Assembly (NCBI GenBank): GCA_046483985.1
Contig: JAWOCD010000006.1
Span: 40,779 to 104,778 of the forward strand
DNA from: Promethearchaeia archaeon
GTDB lineage: Archaea; Asgardarchaeota; Lokiarchaeia; Sigyniarchaeales; SOKP01
Direction of reading: 5' to 3'
DNA length: 64,000 nt
Below the pieces are notes generated by a model. It ran no database searches. It saw only the letters and a list, made by a program, of their open reading frames with translations, and had not been told where the DNA came from. The translations under genes and the position numbers were made by a program. This document shows positions 10,239-21,002 of the stretch, one piece after another. Position 1 is the stretch's first letter. The number at the start of each line of letters is the position of its first letter.

Positions 10239-10496
10239 ATGTCAAAAATTTTTCAATCAGAAATTTTTCGAAAGACCTTTTCTCTTCTTCTCAGAATACT
10301 GATTTTTCTAGGTGCTGCTTTAGCCGTAGCAGTTCGGATTCTTACCATAATTCCGATCCTTATCGGGATTATAATAATTTGGAAGGATTCTAAAAAGTAT
10401 GGTCAATTTTTAGGATGGCTTTTAGCAGTGGGAGGTTTAACGGCAACTATAATTTATCATATTACATATGTTGTGGAAGGAGGTTTATTATATTGA
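10239..10496 (+). CDS. Small membrane protein
   Basis: 85 aa with 2-3 hydrophobic segments; its stop overlaps the next start (TTGA). Confidence 0.7.
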   Translation: MSKIFQSEIFRKTFSLLLRILIFLGAALAVAVRILTIIPILIGIIIIWKDSKKYGQFLGWLLAVGGLTATIIYHITYVVEGGLLY

Positions 10497-12352
10497 AGTT
10501 TAGAAACAATGAAGACTCGGATAAGGAAAAGAGAGGTTTTTTCCAGAGTATTAAAAAGAAATTGAGTAACCGAAATACACTCATTAAAACTATAATCTTG
10601 ATGGGGATCTTAGTCACATGGTTTGGTTTAATAATTACTCCTAGTGTGGCATTTGATAACGAGCCAGTACAACTATGGGTGCATTGTCCCAGTTATGAAA
10701 AATCTGGAGAGGAATTTGAATTTACCGTCCAAGCATGGGATTGGTCCGAACGGCTCAGTAAATCATATAAGGGGAAAGTCTCATTTAGTTTAATTTCCTT
10801 TGATTTAGATGACCCCAATAACGAGTTAGAATCTGTGGATAAAGATCTTCCCGATGATTATCGTTTTGATGGTACTTGGATCAACACTGGCGGATTACCA
10901 CCCTCATTATTTCTAGGAGATGTTGGAAAGAAGACTTTTAATATGAAAATCAATACCCCAGGAATCCATTATGTCCAGGTTCAAGATGACCAAGGTTTTG
11001 AAGCAATAAGCAGCCCCATCGTTATTCTCAATGAAGAACCAAAACAAGAGTTATTATGGGGAGACATTCATACACATTCATTTATTAGCGATGGATCTGG
11101 TTTACCAGAACAAGTAATGGAATTCGCAAGAGATAGCGCCTTATTGGATTTTTATTCTTTGACAGATCATGGAGAAGGGACAGGGTTAAACACGGAAGAA
11201 CGTGCACAATGGAGAATTGATCATAACCAACGGGTAACTGAGGGGTTTAATAAAGAAAATGAATTTGTCTCATTTCAAGGGGTTGAATGGACCACAAATT
11301 TTGGTCTTGTCGATAAAGAATACGGATATGGGCATTATACATTAGTTTCAGATGCAAACGAACCTATCCGAATAGCTCGCGGTAAACAAACTTCCCCCGA
11401 AGAGCTCTGGAACTACTTAGATGAATATTGTGAGGAAAATGATGCGCATGTCATCGCCATACCCCACCATCTGACTCAAACCAATTTTGAAATGGACTGG
11501 GCAGGAGCAAATGAAAAATATGTGAAAACTGCTTCAATATTTTCAGTACACGGTGCATCACTTCTCCGGCCGGATCAAGAGGAGAATCATTTAGGCATGG
11601 TCCATGTTCATAAAGATTCTCCAAAGGGAATTTCCGCTGCAGATGCATTAAAGATGGGATTTCGATTCGGCTTAGTAGCTAATTCGGATGGACATGATGG
11701 ACATCCTGGTCATGCAATCTGTCATAAGGCGACGCATTATCCTGATCAATATCCAATATTGAGTTGGACACCTCGTTATGGACACCCCTATCCGGGCGGA
11801 CTTACTGGTGCATGGGTCGAGAATTTCAATCGAGATGGCATAATGGAATCCATAAGAAAAGGAAAAGTATGCGCAACACGGGCACCTTATCGCCCCATCG
11901 TTAACTTTTCAGTCAACGGAGTGATGGTGGGAGAGAATGATTCTTTAACCACGGTTCAAAATAATACGAGTGAGCGAAATATTGAATTTCAACTATTTCG
12001 GGATGGCTTGGAGTTGGGATGGGAAGGAAAAGCAAATATGAATGAATGGGAAACCTTGACCGTGGAAATCTGGAAAAATTCTGAGATTTGGAACAGTACT
12101 ACATCTGAAGATGCAATAATCGATTTGAACTTTTCCGATGAGGCACAAATTAACGGCACAGCATATACAGACTATGATATACGAGATGGGAAATATTATA
12201 TGCACGAACGTGCATTGGAAGAAGTAGAAAATCCAGATGAATTAAATACAGGCGGAAAAGACTACTATTTTGCAAGGGCGTATAGCGGAGAAGGTACAAA
12301 GGATGATTTCTATCTCTGGATTGGACCTATCTGGGTCGATCCGCTTTCTTAA
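10493..12352 (+). CDS. Membrane-anchored PHP-family (DUF3604-like) metallo-hydrolase
   Basis: WGDIHTHS, LTDH, GVEWT, IPHH, NSDGH. Likely TTG start at 10493 after GGAGG, then an N-terminal TM helix. Confidence 0.75.
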   Translation: MKFRNNEDSDKEKRGFFQSIKKKLSNRNTLIKTIILMGILVTWFGLIITPSVAFDNEPVQLWVHCPSYEKSGEEFEFTVQAWDWSERLSKSYKGKVSFSLISFDLDDPNNELESVDKDLPDDYRFDGTWINTGGLPPSLFLGDVGKKTFNMKINTPGIHYVQVQDDQGFEAISSPIVILNEEPKQELLWGDIHTHSFISDGSGLPEQVMEFARDSALLDFYSLTDHGEGTGLNTEERAQWRIDHNQRVTEGFNKENEFVSFQGVEWTTNFGLVDKEYGYGHYTLVSDANEPIRIARGKQTSPEELWNYLDEYCEENDAHVIAIPHHLTQTNFEMDWAGANEKYVKTASIFSVHGASLLRPDQEENHLGMVHVHKDSPKGISAADALKMGFRFGLVANSDGHDGHPGHAICHKATHYPDQYPILSWTPRYGHPYPGGLTGAWVENFNRDGIMESIRKGKVCATRAPYRPIVNFSVNGVMVGENDSLTTVQNNTSERNIEFQLFRDGLELGWEGKANMNEWETLTVEIWKNSEIWNSTTSEDAIIDLNFSDEAQINGTAYTDYDIRDGKYYMHERALEEVENPDELNTGGKDYYFARAYSGEGTKDDFYLWIGPIWVDPLS

Positions 12353-12472
12353 AAGCATTAATTATCTTACTTTTTTTTTTATTAAAGCTGATTATTACTG
12401 ATAAAAATCCTTTAAAGTGAAAATAGAGCATATATGCCAGAAATCACTTAAATTTGAAAAAAAGAAAAAAAG

Positions 12473-13681
12473 TTATTGATACCGATTATCCAATTTCTTA
12501 ACTGCATTAATTGTCAATTGTAAACCGTTTCGTAAGCCCTCTTTAGTTACCAGTTTCAGAGTATCTTTTGGAGTATGTACATACGATACTCCCTCTTGAG
12601 AAGCTAACCAACATGCTTTAAATCCCTTTTTTACCATCGGCATGAAATCAGACCATGCTCCTGTAGGGAGATAAATGTCCCGAAGGGGGATTTCTAAATC
12701 CTCCGCTGTTTCAGTAAATAGTCGATTAAGTTCCTTGGAAGAGGTTTTTCGCGGAATACCATAACTTGTAATTAACCGAATAAAACCACTCCCGCCTATC
12801 CCATCATAATTGATAAAGTAAGTGGTATCTCTATTAAAATCATCTGCATGCCGCTGAATAAAATCTTTAGCCCCTCCTAGATTCAGTTCTTCCGAACTGG
12901 TTGATAAAAAAATGCAACTTAAGTTAGCAAGTGGATTACTCTTATAATATCTTGCCAATTCTATAACTGTTCCTACGCTGGCTGCATTATCAAAAGCTCC
13001 GGGCGAATTATTTCCCGTTTTATTAAAATAATTCAATAACCCAATGATTGATAGAACGATACAGATAATCAATAAAGTGTGGTTTAACATAGGATTCTCA
13101 AACGGGAAAAAAATTTTCAAGATACTTAAGATAAGCAGAACTAATAAAAGTGCAAAACTTCCCACAGCTGCGATGACAAGAATTAAGATCCGTACTGCGG
13201 AGGGAAATGTTTGACTTTTGGAGTCCCAATGTGCCATAAAAATGACGGTTCCTTTAGGATCTTTATTTTCTAAAACCGTATAGAAATTTTCGGTTTCAAA
13301 ATTATTTTCCTCGTTTTTGGAAAGTGTGATCGTTGAGGAGTCCATAAAAATAAGAACCCTCATTAGGATTAATACGGTAATCCCAATAAAAATCAAGGTC
13401 ACCCAATGGTTAAAATAAAATGAAAGGGTTGTAAGAATAAGAAGAGCCGCAATTGGAATAAAAATATAGCGCGCAAGAATCCAATTAAATAATGAAGTCT
13501 TAAATTGTTCTCTTTCAACTTTATTATATCCTGCTTTCTTAAACTCATCAAAGACTACTTTTTTGGCTTTTTTTTCCCCGTCCGATCCGACTAATCGAGG
13601 AAACGATAATCGTTCTGTGATTCTATAAGCATTTTCTTCATTTATTGACATTTCAAATTCACTTTTGTTTGTTAAAATCAC
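12473..13681 (-). CDS. Membrane-integral M28 family peptidase
   Basis: AHWDS, GAFDNA, SEELNLGGA, SDF, HTPKD; four hydrophobic segments. Confidence 0.88.
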   Translation of the reverse strand: MILTNKSEFEMSINEENAYRITERLSFPRLVGSDGEKKAKKVVFDEFKKAGYNKVEREQFKTSLFNWILARYIFIPIAALLILTTLSFYFNHWVTLIFIGITVLILMRVLIFMDSSTITLSKNEENNFETENFYTVLENKDPKGTVIFMAHWDSKSQTFPSAVRILILVIAAVGSFALLLVLLILSILKIFFPFENPMLNHTLLIICIVLSIIGLLNYFNKTGNNSPGAFDNAASVGTVIELARYYKSNPLANLSCIFLSTSSEELNLGGAKDFIQRHADDFNRDTTYFINYDGIGGSGFIRLITSYGIPRKTSSKELNRLFTETAEDLEIPLRDIYLPTGAWSDFMPMVKKGFKACWLASQEGVSYVHTPKDTLKLVTKEGLRNGLQLTINAVKKLDNRYQ

Positions 13682-13764
13682 TTTCAGCGCAACTTACGGC
13701 TAAAAATTAATAGATTAAAGATTAGTCTATAATTCAATTTTGCTATAGGACATTTAAAATTTTC

Positions 13765-14631
13765 TTATCCTTCCTCTTTACTTTTTTCAATTTCAATCAT
13801 TTTTTTGGCTACATAGTCCTTAGAGATTAATTCTAAGGCTTCGATAACATGCCAAAGTCGAGGGATAAAGATTTCTTTTTTATATTTACGTGATGCTTTC
13901 AAAGTTTGTGACGCGACATCTTCGGGCTCCACTAATTTATAGAGGCCTCCTTTATCCTCATAAAGTTCAACCCATTCTGCAGTGTCTGGATCTCCTTCCC
14001 AAAAGTTAGTTTTGACTGGCGCGGGACACAGAGTAATGACTTGAATATTATGACCTTTCATTTTATATTCTCTTCTTAGTGAGTCTGCTAAGCCAACAAC
14101 GGCATGTTTACTTGCTGTATAAGCTGCCATATTAGGGATTCCAGTTTTTCCTCCAGAACTTGAAGTAAATATTAATTGTCCTTCTCTTCGGTCTGGAGCC
14201 CCATCAGTAGGGGCTGGGCGTCCAATATAAGGTCGTGCAGCTTGAAGAACTAGCCAAATACCATCAATATTTATGGACATAATTTTTCGATACTCTTCGA
14301 AGGTACCCCCATTTGTTAGAGAACACATTGAGCCGACTCCGGCATTATTATGCAAAATATCAATATATTTTTCTTTTTTGCCGATCCTTTCTATCACGCT
14401 CTCTACTTGGCTTTGATTAGTCACATCCATTTCCATGGTTTCAACATAATGTGCTCCTAAGTCCCTTAATTCATTTGCTAATTTGACTAATTTAGGATTT
14501 GGAAGATCCAATAGATACATCCGCATTCCTAATCTGGCAAATTCGCGACAGACAGCGCTACCAATATCACCGCTTGCCCCTGTTATTACAAAAACCTTAT
14601 CTTCATACCAATCCTTTTTCAAAATCATCAC
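13765..14631 (-). CDS. Short-chain dehydrogenase/reductase
   Basis: TGASGDIG, NNAG, YTASK. Confidence 0.93.
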   Translation of the reverse strand: MMILKKDWYEDKVFVITGASGDIGSAVCREFARLGMRMYLLDLPNPKLVKLANELRDLGAHYVETMEMDVTNQSQVESVIERIGKKEKYIDILHNNAGVGSMCSLTNGGTFEEYRKIMSINIDGIWLVLQAARPYIGRPAPTDGAPDRREGQLIFTSSSGGKTGIPNMAAYTASKHAVVGLADSLRREYKMKGHNIQVITLCPAPVKTNFWEGDPDTAEWVELYEDKGGLYKLVEPEDVASQTLKASRKYKKEIFIPRLWHVIEALELISKDYVAKKMIEIEKSKEEG

Positions 14632-14763
14632 CCAACTATCTAATTCTATCCTTAAAGGATAGTTTACAAATTTGTAAATAGGTAATAAATTTTATCTTTA
14701 TCAAAAAGTAGTATAGGCGAGTAGTCAATGTGAGAAATCTTACCTTCAGAATCTCCCAAAAAA

Positions 14764-15110
14764 TTGAAGTCCCCCCTCTCTAAAGGAAGGGAATTCCTAC
14801 GATTCCACTAAGCGTTCGCTGGTGGGCATATCTTGGGGGGTATGTCGTAGAAAATCCTTTCCATCTATCCAAAAAGGACTCCTTCTTCAAAGAGAGTTGA
14901 TGCGAGAGGTCAGCAGACATAAGAAACTTGCCTAGGATGTTAATGGCTGAATTCAAGTCCCGATCCATCTTATGACCACACTCGCGAGTAATAATGCGTT
15001 CGGACTATTCCCGCTTGACTCGTTTCCCGCAGTTCGCACATGTTTGCGTTGTATAGGATTCATCAATTTTTATCCCTTTTTTACCTATTTTCCGTGCCTT
15101 ATAGTCAGAG
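14764..15110 (-). pseudogene. tnpB: tnpB 3' fragment plus IS200/IS605 right end
   Basis: Reads YKARKIG..IDESYTTQTCANCG..E*SER..RECGHKMDRDLNSAINIL (zinc ribbon and RuvC III; TAG at 15005-15007). Ends GAAT-hairpin-TTCAA at 14764. Confidence 0.88.
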
Positions 15111-15113
15111 AGT

Positions 15114-15650
15114 TTAAGTCAGATTAATACTATCTTTATTATTTTGATTGACTTCCTTCACATAGTCAGGGGTATAGGTCGTTTTTAATAAATTTGCATT
15201 CCCTTTGGCAATTAGGGTTTCCTCCATATTTCTTATTTCTACGACTGTATGGACAACATTACGGCCCTCTCTGACCATTTCCGCAATAACTTTTACACTT
15301 TCTCCGATCCTCACCTTTCCGAGATAATCCACATGGAAGTCTAACGTAATTAAAAATCCTTCATAACCAAGAGTAGCGGTCATCATTCCAATAGTATCAT
15401 CCATCATTCCACATTGCATTCCTCCATGCAGTAAGTTAGTTGGATTGCCCATCTCATGGCGAACTTCAAATTCAAGTTCAATATATCCTCGTTCTGCTTT
15501 AATCATTTTTCCATTTAACCATTTTGTAAACGGTGGAATCATTTTCAAGTCAAATTCTCCCATACGCTTCCCTTTGATTGAATTGAAAAGTTTAACCATA
15601 CGTTGGGAGCGTTTTTTAATTTGCTTTTTTTCCTTTTCATTAGGTATCAT
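15114..15650 (-). CDS. PaaI family thioesterase
   Basis: NPTNLLHGGMQCGMMDDTIG hot-dog motif. Confidence 0.9.
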   Translation of the reverse strand: MIPNEKEKKQIKKRSQRMVKLFNSIKGKRMGEFDLKMIPPFTKWLNGKMIKAERGYIELEFEVRHEMGNPTNLLHGGMQCGMMDDTIGMMTATLGYEGFLITLDFHVDYLGKVRIGESVKVIAEMVREGRNVVHTVVEIRNMEETLIAKGNANLLKTTYTPDYVKEVNQNNKDSINLT

Positions 15651-15663
15651 TATATGATCTGGT

Positions 15664-15925
15664 TTACTTTAATTGTTTTTTAAAATTATTATTATTAATC
15701 TTTAAGAGAGATGTATACCATTCTAAATACAATCTCTCCTCCACCTTTTTCAGAAATTGACGAATAGATAATATTCCTAAATCAGAGATAATCCCCGAGA
15801 GATATTCCGGCGGAGTTTTGTCAAAATAAAAATTATGAATTTTTAAATTTTGAATTTTTGGATTAAAAACCTCATTTTTATCCCTTTTTTCGATGAGAAC
15901 TTCCCTATCGAAATGACTTTTTAAA
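15664..15925 (-). pseudogene. 3' part of eIF2B-family gene split by IS1634
   Basis: Continues in frame after removing the IS and one TSD: KSHFDREVLIEKR..NFYFDKTPPEYLSGIISDLG..K*. Confidence 0.88.
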
Positions 15926-18063
15926 CTTAACTTCCAAAGTAATTAAATTTAATCATGAAAAATATTAAACTTTTTCCTTCTCTTCTTGTTTTCCTACACA
16001 TTTAGACGTGTCTTGGACCCAGAAATGTCCATATTCCATTCTTTTATTCCGTCATGATTTTGTCGCTTTGTGGCTGTAGGCTTAAAACTCTCCTTTGTAG
16101 GATGAAGTAATTCTTATTTCTTCCTCAATCTAAAGAAGTTTAAGATCCTAAGACTTATATATAGGTTAGTCCTACATTTATACATGAAATACTTTTTACA
16201 CAAAAACAGGACAAAATATGGAATTTACTACTCTTACCGGCATAATTACAGGGAAGGAGATAAAGTAAAGACCAAGTCGGTTTATTTAGGAAACGAAAAA
16301 ACCGCTTTAGAGATATTATCTGATTTTAATTCGGAAAAGCCCCAAAATGAGCGCCTTTTGTCTTATTCGGGCGAGTTAATCCTCTCCAGGGTGCTTGAAT
16401 TGCTTAACTTTCGGAAGGTGTTGGATGAAACAAGTGAGGCAGAGGCGGAATGGGAGATCGGACGCTTCCTCGAGATGGTCGTCGTCGAGCGCGTCTTGAA
16501 TGCGTATAGCAAGTGGCGACTGGCAAGGGTAGCCCACAGCAAGTCATTTTATTCGCTGGATAAGAACATCCCCGCCGAGAAATTCACGGAAGATAACATC
16601 TACAATTATATGGATTACATCCATCCGGGGCTCGACTTGATGAAGGAAAAACTCGTGAAAAACTTGCTTGAGCTGAATTTCGTGGAATTAGACGAGTTAA
16701 TCTTGGATGGGACCTCGTTGTACTGTTTCAGTTCCGATGAGGAGGATGAGGTGCTTGAACCCGGAGAAAGCCCCGAAGAATCGTCGGAGCCGCTGAGGCG
16801 GACGCACGGCTACAGCCGCGACCATCGCCCGGATCTCCCGCAGATCAACTTGATGCTGGGCGTGAGTAATCAGTATCTGCCGCTATTGTTCGAAACCTTT
16901 TCGGGGAATGTTCCCGATGTGGTCATGTTTGAAAAGGTCCTTGAGAAGTGTCAAGATACCTATCAAGCCCTTTTAAAACGCGTACGGAATAAGTACGTGG
17001 TGTTTGACAAGGGAAATAATAGCAAAGACAATTTCAAGGGCTTGGATGAGCTCTGTACTCGGTGGGGGTTCCACTTTGTTACCAGCGTCCGTCCCAGTAT
17101 GACCAAGATCAAGAATGCCCTGAAACCCCTCAACGTGGAGGACTTGCCGGTCATTTATAAGCAGCGAAGGACTACCTTGAGAGGAAAAACGGTAATGTTA
17201 GAGTTGTATGGAGAAAAGAGGAGGGCATTGCTGTACGTGAATGAAGAGATAAGGGAAAAGAAGCGGCAAGCGTATATGGAAAAACTGAACGGAATCCAAG
17301 AGGAAATCAGGAAAATCAACCAAGAGAAAAAGAGTGTAAAGGAGAAATCGGAATTGGTGGAAGATTTACTCCGAAAAAACCGAGTATTGACCTATTTCAA
17401 GCAAGAAGAAGATGGGGGGGAGATCCATTGTGTGCCCATCGACTCGAAGGTTGCGGACAAGATGGGCTTGTTCGGGAAATTTGCCTTGATCACGGACGAT
17501 TTCACGCTGGATGCGGAGGATATGGCCCGCATCTATAAGAGGTCCATCGTGGTGGAGCACGAATTTCACCTTTTAAAGAGCTTGCTCTCCATTCGCCCCT
17601 TCAATCATCGGAAGCCCGAAAGGATCGACGTCCACGTGGCGATAGTGCTGTGGGGGATCATGGCGCTGGCACTCTTGAGGGTGATGCTCGACGACCACGG
17701 TATGGAGCTTAGCTTTGAGCGATTAAGGGAATTGATCGGGGACGGCTGCATTTCCATCGGGGATTACTTGTATCCTGAGCGCAAGTCCTTTCGGATCAAG
17801 CGAACGTTGAATATCCATTCTGAACTCCAAGAAATCTTGAACGTCCTAAACTTAGAATGGGATTACTTTGATATCGATGTTATACCTACGGTTGAGGAAA
17901 AAAAGGACGGGGGAAAATGACCTCGAGGTGGTTTTGAGGAAATAAAATAAAGTAGGGTCGGAAAACCAATTATCTCCATCTATCGATGATGGAAATTGGC
18001 TTGGGATATTGCCAAGAGTCTGAACTCTAAACAAGAAAATATTTACCCACTTTGGAAGTTAAG
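15926..18063 (+). mobile_element. IS1634-family insertion sequence, apparently intact
   Basis: 15-bp terminal IRs CTTAACTTCCAAAGT (15926-15940, 18049-18063) flanked by a TTTAAA duplication (15920-15925, 18064-18069); interior is more GC-rich than the flanks. Confidence 0.92.
16184..17920 (+). CDS. IS1634 family DDE transposase
   Basis: LDGTSLY, GYSRDHRPDLPQI, VFDKGN, YKR..VEHEFHLLK. Confidence 0.93.
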   Translation: MKYFLHKNRTKYGIYYSYRHNYREGDKVKTKSVYLGNEKTALEILSDFNSEKPQNERLLSYSGELILSRVLELLNFRKVLDETSEAEAEWEIGRFLEMVVVERVLNAYSKWRLARVAHSKSFYSLDKNIPAEKFTEDNIYNYMDYIHPGLDLMKEKLVKNLLELNFVELDELILDGTSLYCFSSDEEDEVLEPGESPEESSEPLRRTHGYSRDHRPDLPQINLMLGVSNQYLPLLFETFSGNVPDVVMFEKVLEKCQDTYQALLKRVRNKYVVFDKGNNSKDNFKGLDELCTRWGFHFVTSVRPSMTKIKNALKPLNVEDLPVIYKQRRTTLRGKTVMLELYGEKRRALLYVNEEIREKKRQAYMEKLNGIQEEIRKINQEKKSVKEKSELVEDLLRKNRVLTYFKQEEDGGEIHCVPIDSKVADKMGLFGKFALITDDFTLDAEDMARIYKRSIVVEHEFHLLKSLLSIRPFNHRKPERIDVHVAIVLWGIMALALLRVMLDDHGMELSFERLRELIGDGCISIGDYLYPERKSFRIKRTLNIHSELQEILNVLNLEWDYFDIDVIPTVEEKKDGGK

Positions 18064-18764
18064 TTTAAATTATATTTCAAGGAATTTCCAACAGCATAAA
18101 TATCCACATCGTTCTCATGGGAAAGAACAGCGAGCGGATACGTACCAATCTTATTAATAAGAGTTCCATCTTTAAGGATACTGTCAATTCCTACCAAGAC
18201 CACATCCATTGATTCGATAAAGTAACCAAAAGCGGCGTCAATAATTAAATTTGTTTCGAAAAAAGATGATAATTCTTTAGCTGTTCTGCGTCCCTCAAAC
18301 ATGGGGCGAGACTCTAAAACGTATAATTCAATATTTTTACTCCTGACCTTCTTTAAAACTCGAATGATGGTGGAGCTATAGGAAATAAGCATGACTTTAG
18401 TGGGTCCTTTGGAACCATAAAAATCACGTATAAATTTTAGAAAATTCTTTTCGATGTCTTGAGTTATTGTATTTTTAACTTCTTGGAAATGTTTTATATT
18501 ATTTAAAATTCTTTTTTTGGTGATATTATTGGAATCTCCAATCAAAAATCCAAAAACATTAAGTAAAGGGGCCATACTCGGGCGTGTATCGATAATAGAT
18601 TTTGCTAAATGAAGAAAGGGAACTGTTATAGTTTTATGTTCATCATCTATTGAATTTAAATATGTATAAACGATATCAAGGGCCATTTCTATAAATTCAT
18701 TTGCGCCAGATTCATTATCCTTTCTTAATCTCTCTAATGACTTTTCAATTATATTAGAAATCAT
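18064..18764 (-). pseudogene. 5' part of eIF2B subunit / ribose-1,5-bisphosphate isomerase family gene (interrupted)
   Basis: RPSMAPL, ESRPMFEG, VGIDSI, NKIGT. The predicted tail NLTSKVGKYFLV is IS-derived. Confidence 0.88.
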
Positions 18765-18767
18765 GTT

Positions 18768-18935
18768 TCACCCACTTTTGAATTTTTCTTCATATTTTTT
18801 GCATTTTTGATAATACAGATTACAGCGTGGAGCTTTTTCTGCACTGCTGCATATATCTGAATTGGGACATTTAACATTCTTTTTTTCGAGTTGAATTTTA
18901 ACACGATGCAATCTTTTTTTGACATCTTCTCTCAT
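18768..18935 (-). CDS. Small Cys-rich protein (55 aa), not in ORF track
   Basis: MREDVKKRLHRVKIQLEKKNVKCPNSDICSSAEKAPRCNLYYQKCKKYEEKFKSG; stop lies 3 nt before the eIF2B-like ATG. Confidence 0.6.
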   Translation of the reverse strand: MREDVKKRLHRVKIQLEKKNVKCPNSDICSSAEKAPRCNLYYQKCKKYEEKFKSG

Positions 18936-18992
18936 AATACATTTTAGATAAGATTTTATTTAATTTGAAAATTTTATTTATAATATTGGAAT

Positions 18993-20429
18993 ATGAATTC
19001 AAAAAGAAAGCAGTTGGAAGAGATAAAGGATATATCCTTTCTGAATAAGATTAAAAATATTGCAATAATAGGTCCGTCAAAGAAAAGAGATTTTTTCTTT
19101 GTTAAAAACCACCAGGAAAACTTTAAAGGGGAAAACCTTTATGTTGTTCATCCATCCGTGCAACATATCCCAAATTTTGATGACGATAACATATACCGCT
19201 CCGTGTTAGATATTCCAACCGAAGTTGATTTTGTATTTATTGCGGTACCTCCCAAACATGTAATCACTGTAATAGAAGAATGTGCAAAGAAAGAAGTAAA
19301 TTTAGCCAGTATATTTACCGCCGAATTTTCCGATGCAGGAACAGAGGAAGGTAAAACCTTAGAGAGGAAATTACTGGAAAGAGCTAATGATCAAATAAGG
19401 ATCTTAGGGCCTAATGGTATGGGGCTTTATTATCCCAAACTAGGAATTGCTTGGCGTCCACATTTTCCCAACAAGTCAGGAAAAATTGGATTTATTGCAC
19501 AATCTGGTGGAATCTGCAACATTTCAATTTATATGGGATCTGAGATTAGGTTGTATTTTTCGAAAGTCTTTTCGTTTGGGAATGGAGCAGACTTAGATTT
19601 TGTAGATCTTCTTTATTTTTTAAGCAATGACACCGAAACGGATATTATCATATGCTATCTCGAAGGAATTGATAAAGGGCGTGGAAGAATTTTAAAAAAG
19701 GTTTTAAAACAAAATAAAAAACCAGTCATAATACTTAAAGGAGGGAAAAGTACAAAAGGAAGTCAAGCAGCAAGGACGCATACTGGTTCAGTGACAGGAA
19801 CACATACAATATGGGAAGCTGCGTTCAGACAATTTGGAGTGATCAGTGTGGAATCACTTGAACAACTTCTGAATACAGCTAGAATCATAAAGAATTACGG
19901 AACATTTCATTTAGAAGATTTAGCAGTTTTTAGTATAAGTGGAGGGTACGGGGTTATTTTAGTTGATTTAATCGAAAAATATGGGATGGAAGTGCCTCCG
20001 TTTAGTCCTAAGATTCAAGAAAAATTAAAAGAGAAATTTTTTACGTTGGGAACCAGTTCGAAAAATCCTCTAGATGTCTCCGCTCAAGTTTATTACAGTG
20101 ATGTAATGCATGATATAATTGACATCGCTCTGTCAGATCCTAAAATAGATGGACTTATCATGGATTTGCCCAGTTGGTATTTTAATATGGATTATCATCT
20201 CAAGAAAGATGAGTCATTTGAACCGAATATGATCGAAAACCTCACCTTAGGACATAAATACAACAAACCTCTTTTTCCAATAATTCAGAGGGTTAATTGT
20301 CCAGAAGACAGAAGACGTGTTACTAAAAAATTAGCTGCTAATAATGTTCCCGTATTTGGCGAGCCACTTGAATTTATTCCGGTCCTAGAAAAAATTAATG
20401 ATATTCAGAGAAAATCCCGCAAGCGATAG
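18993..20429 (+). CDS. Acyl-CoA synthetase (NDP-forming) alpha-type CoA-binding protein
   Basis: RILGPNGMG, AQSGG, GNGADL, ARTHTG, NPLD. Confidence 0.88.
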   Translation: MNSKRKQLEEIKDISFLNKIKNIAIIGPSKKRDFFFVKNHQENFKGENLYVVHPSVQHIPNFDDDNIYRSVLDIPTEVDFVFIAVPPKHVITVIEECAKKEVNLASIFTAEFSDAGTEEGKTLERKLLERANDQIRILGPNGMGLYYPKLGIAWRPHFPNKSGKIGFIAQSGGICNISIYMGSEIRLYFSKVFSFGNGADLDFVDLLYFLSNDTETDIIICYLEGIDKGRGRILKKVLKQNKKPVIILKGGKSTKGSQAARTHTGSVTGTHTIWEAAFRQFGVISVESLEQLLNTARIIKNYGTFHLEDLAVFSISGGYGVILVDLIEKYGMEVPPFSPKIQEKLKEKFFTLGTSSKNPLDVSAQVYYSDVMHDIIDIALSDPKIDGLIMDLPSWYFNMDYHLKKDESFEPNMIENLTLGHKYNKPLFPIIQRVNCPEDRRRVTKKLAANNVPVFGEPLEFIPVLEKINDIQRKSRKR

Positions 20430-20987
20430 GTGAAATTCATAATGGGAAAGTTCTATGTTTCAATGTCCAAATTTCTCTCCTACATGTTAAGACACCATCC
20501 CGAGAAATTTAATATTCAGTTAGACACCCACGGATATGCAGATTTAGAGAAAGTTCTTAAAGTTTTAAATGATAGGTATGAAAAAAGAAACATTACCAAG
20601 GAAACCATCGAAGAGATGATAAAAAGATCCAATAAGAAACGGTTCGAAGTTGAAGAACAGCAAATCCGTGCATATTATGGTCATAGTGTCGATAAGAAAA
20701 TTGAAATGCAAAAAGCAGAAAATTTACCGAATAATTTATACCATGGCACAACTCCAAAAGCGTATAAAAACATTCAAAAGTCTGGTTTACGAAAAAAGAA
20801 TCGCCAGTATGTGCATTTATCTAAAAACTTGAAAACGGGCATTAACGTTGGAAAAAGAAGGACGGATACTCCTGTGATACTGAAAATAAAGGTGCAAGAG
20901 GCAAAAGATGAAGGTATTATTTTCTATCGCTCGGGAGATATATATTTGGCGAACTACATTCCACCTAAATTTCTAGAAAGAGTGTAA
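20430..20987 (+). CDS. kptA: RNA 2'-phosphotransferase (Tpt1/KptA)
   Basis: SKFLSYMLRHHP, IRAYYGHS, LYHGT, RQYVHLS. Confidence 0.95.
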   Translation: MKFIMGKFYVSMSKFLSYMLRHHPEKFNIQLDTHGYADLEKVLKVLNDRYEKRNITKETIEEMIKRSNKKRFEVEEQQIRAYYGHSVDKKIEMQKAENLPNNLYHGTTPKAYKNIQKSGLRKKNRQYVHLSKNLKTGINVGKRRTDTPVILKIKVQEAKDEGIIFYRSGDIYLANYIPPKFLERV

Positions 20988-21002
20988 AATAAAGAATTAT
21001 TT

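Noticed and set aside
10415-10492. ORF-track start for the PHP-like protein
   Set aside because: Overlaps the upstream gene; TTG at 10493 with an SD is more plausible.
18027-18063. C-terminal NLTSKVGKYFLV of the predicted 245-aa ORF
   Set aside because: Read-through into the IS1634 end, not the native C-terminus.
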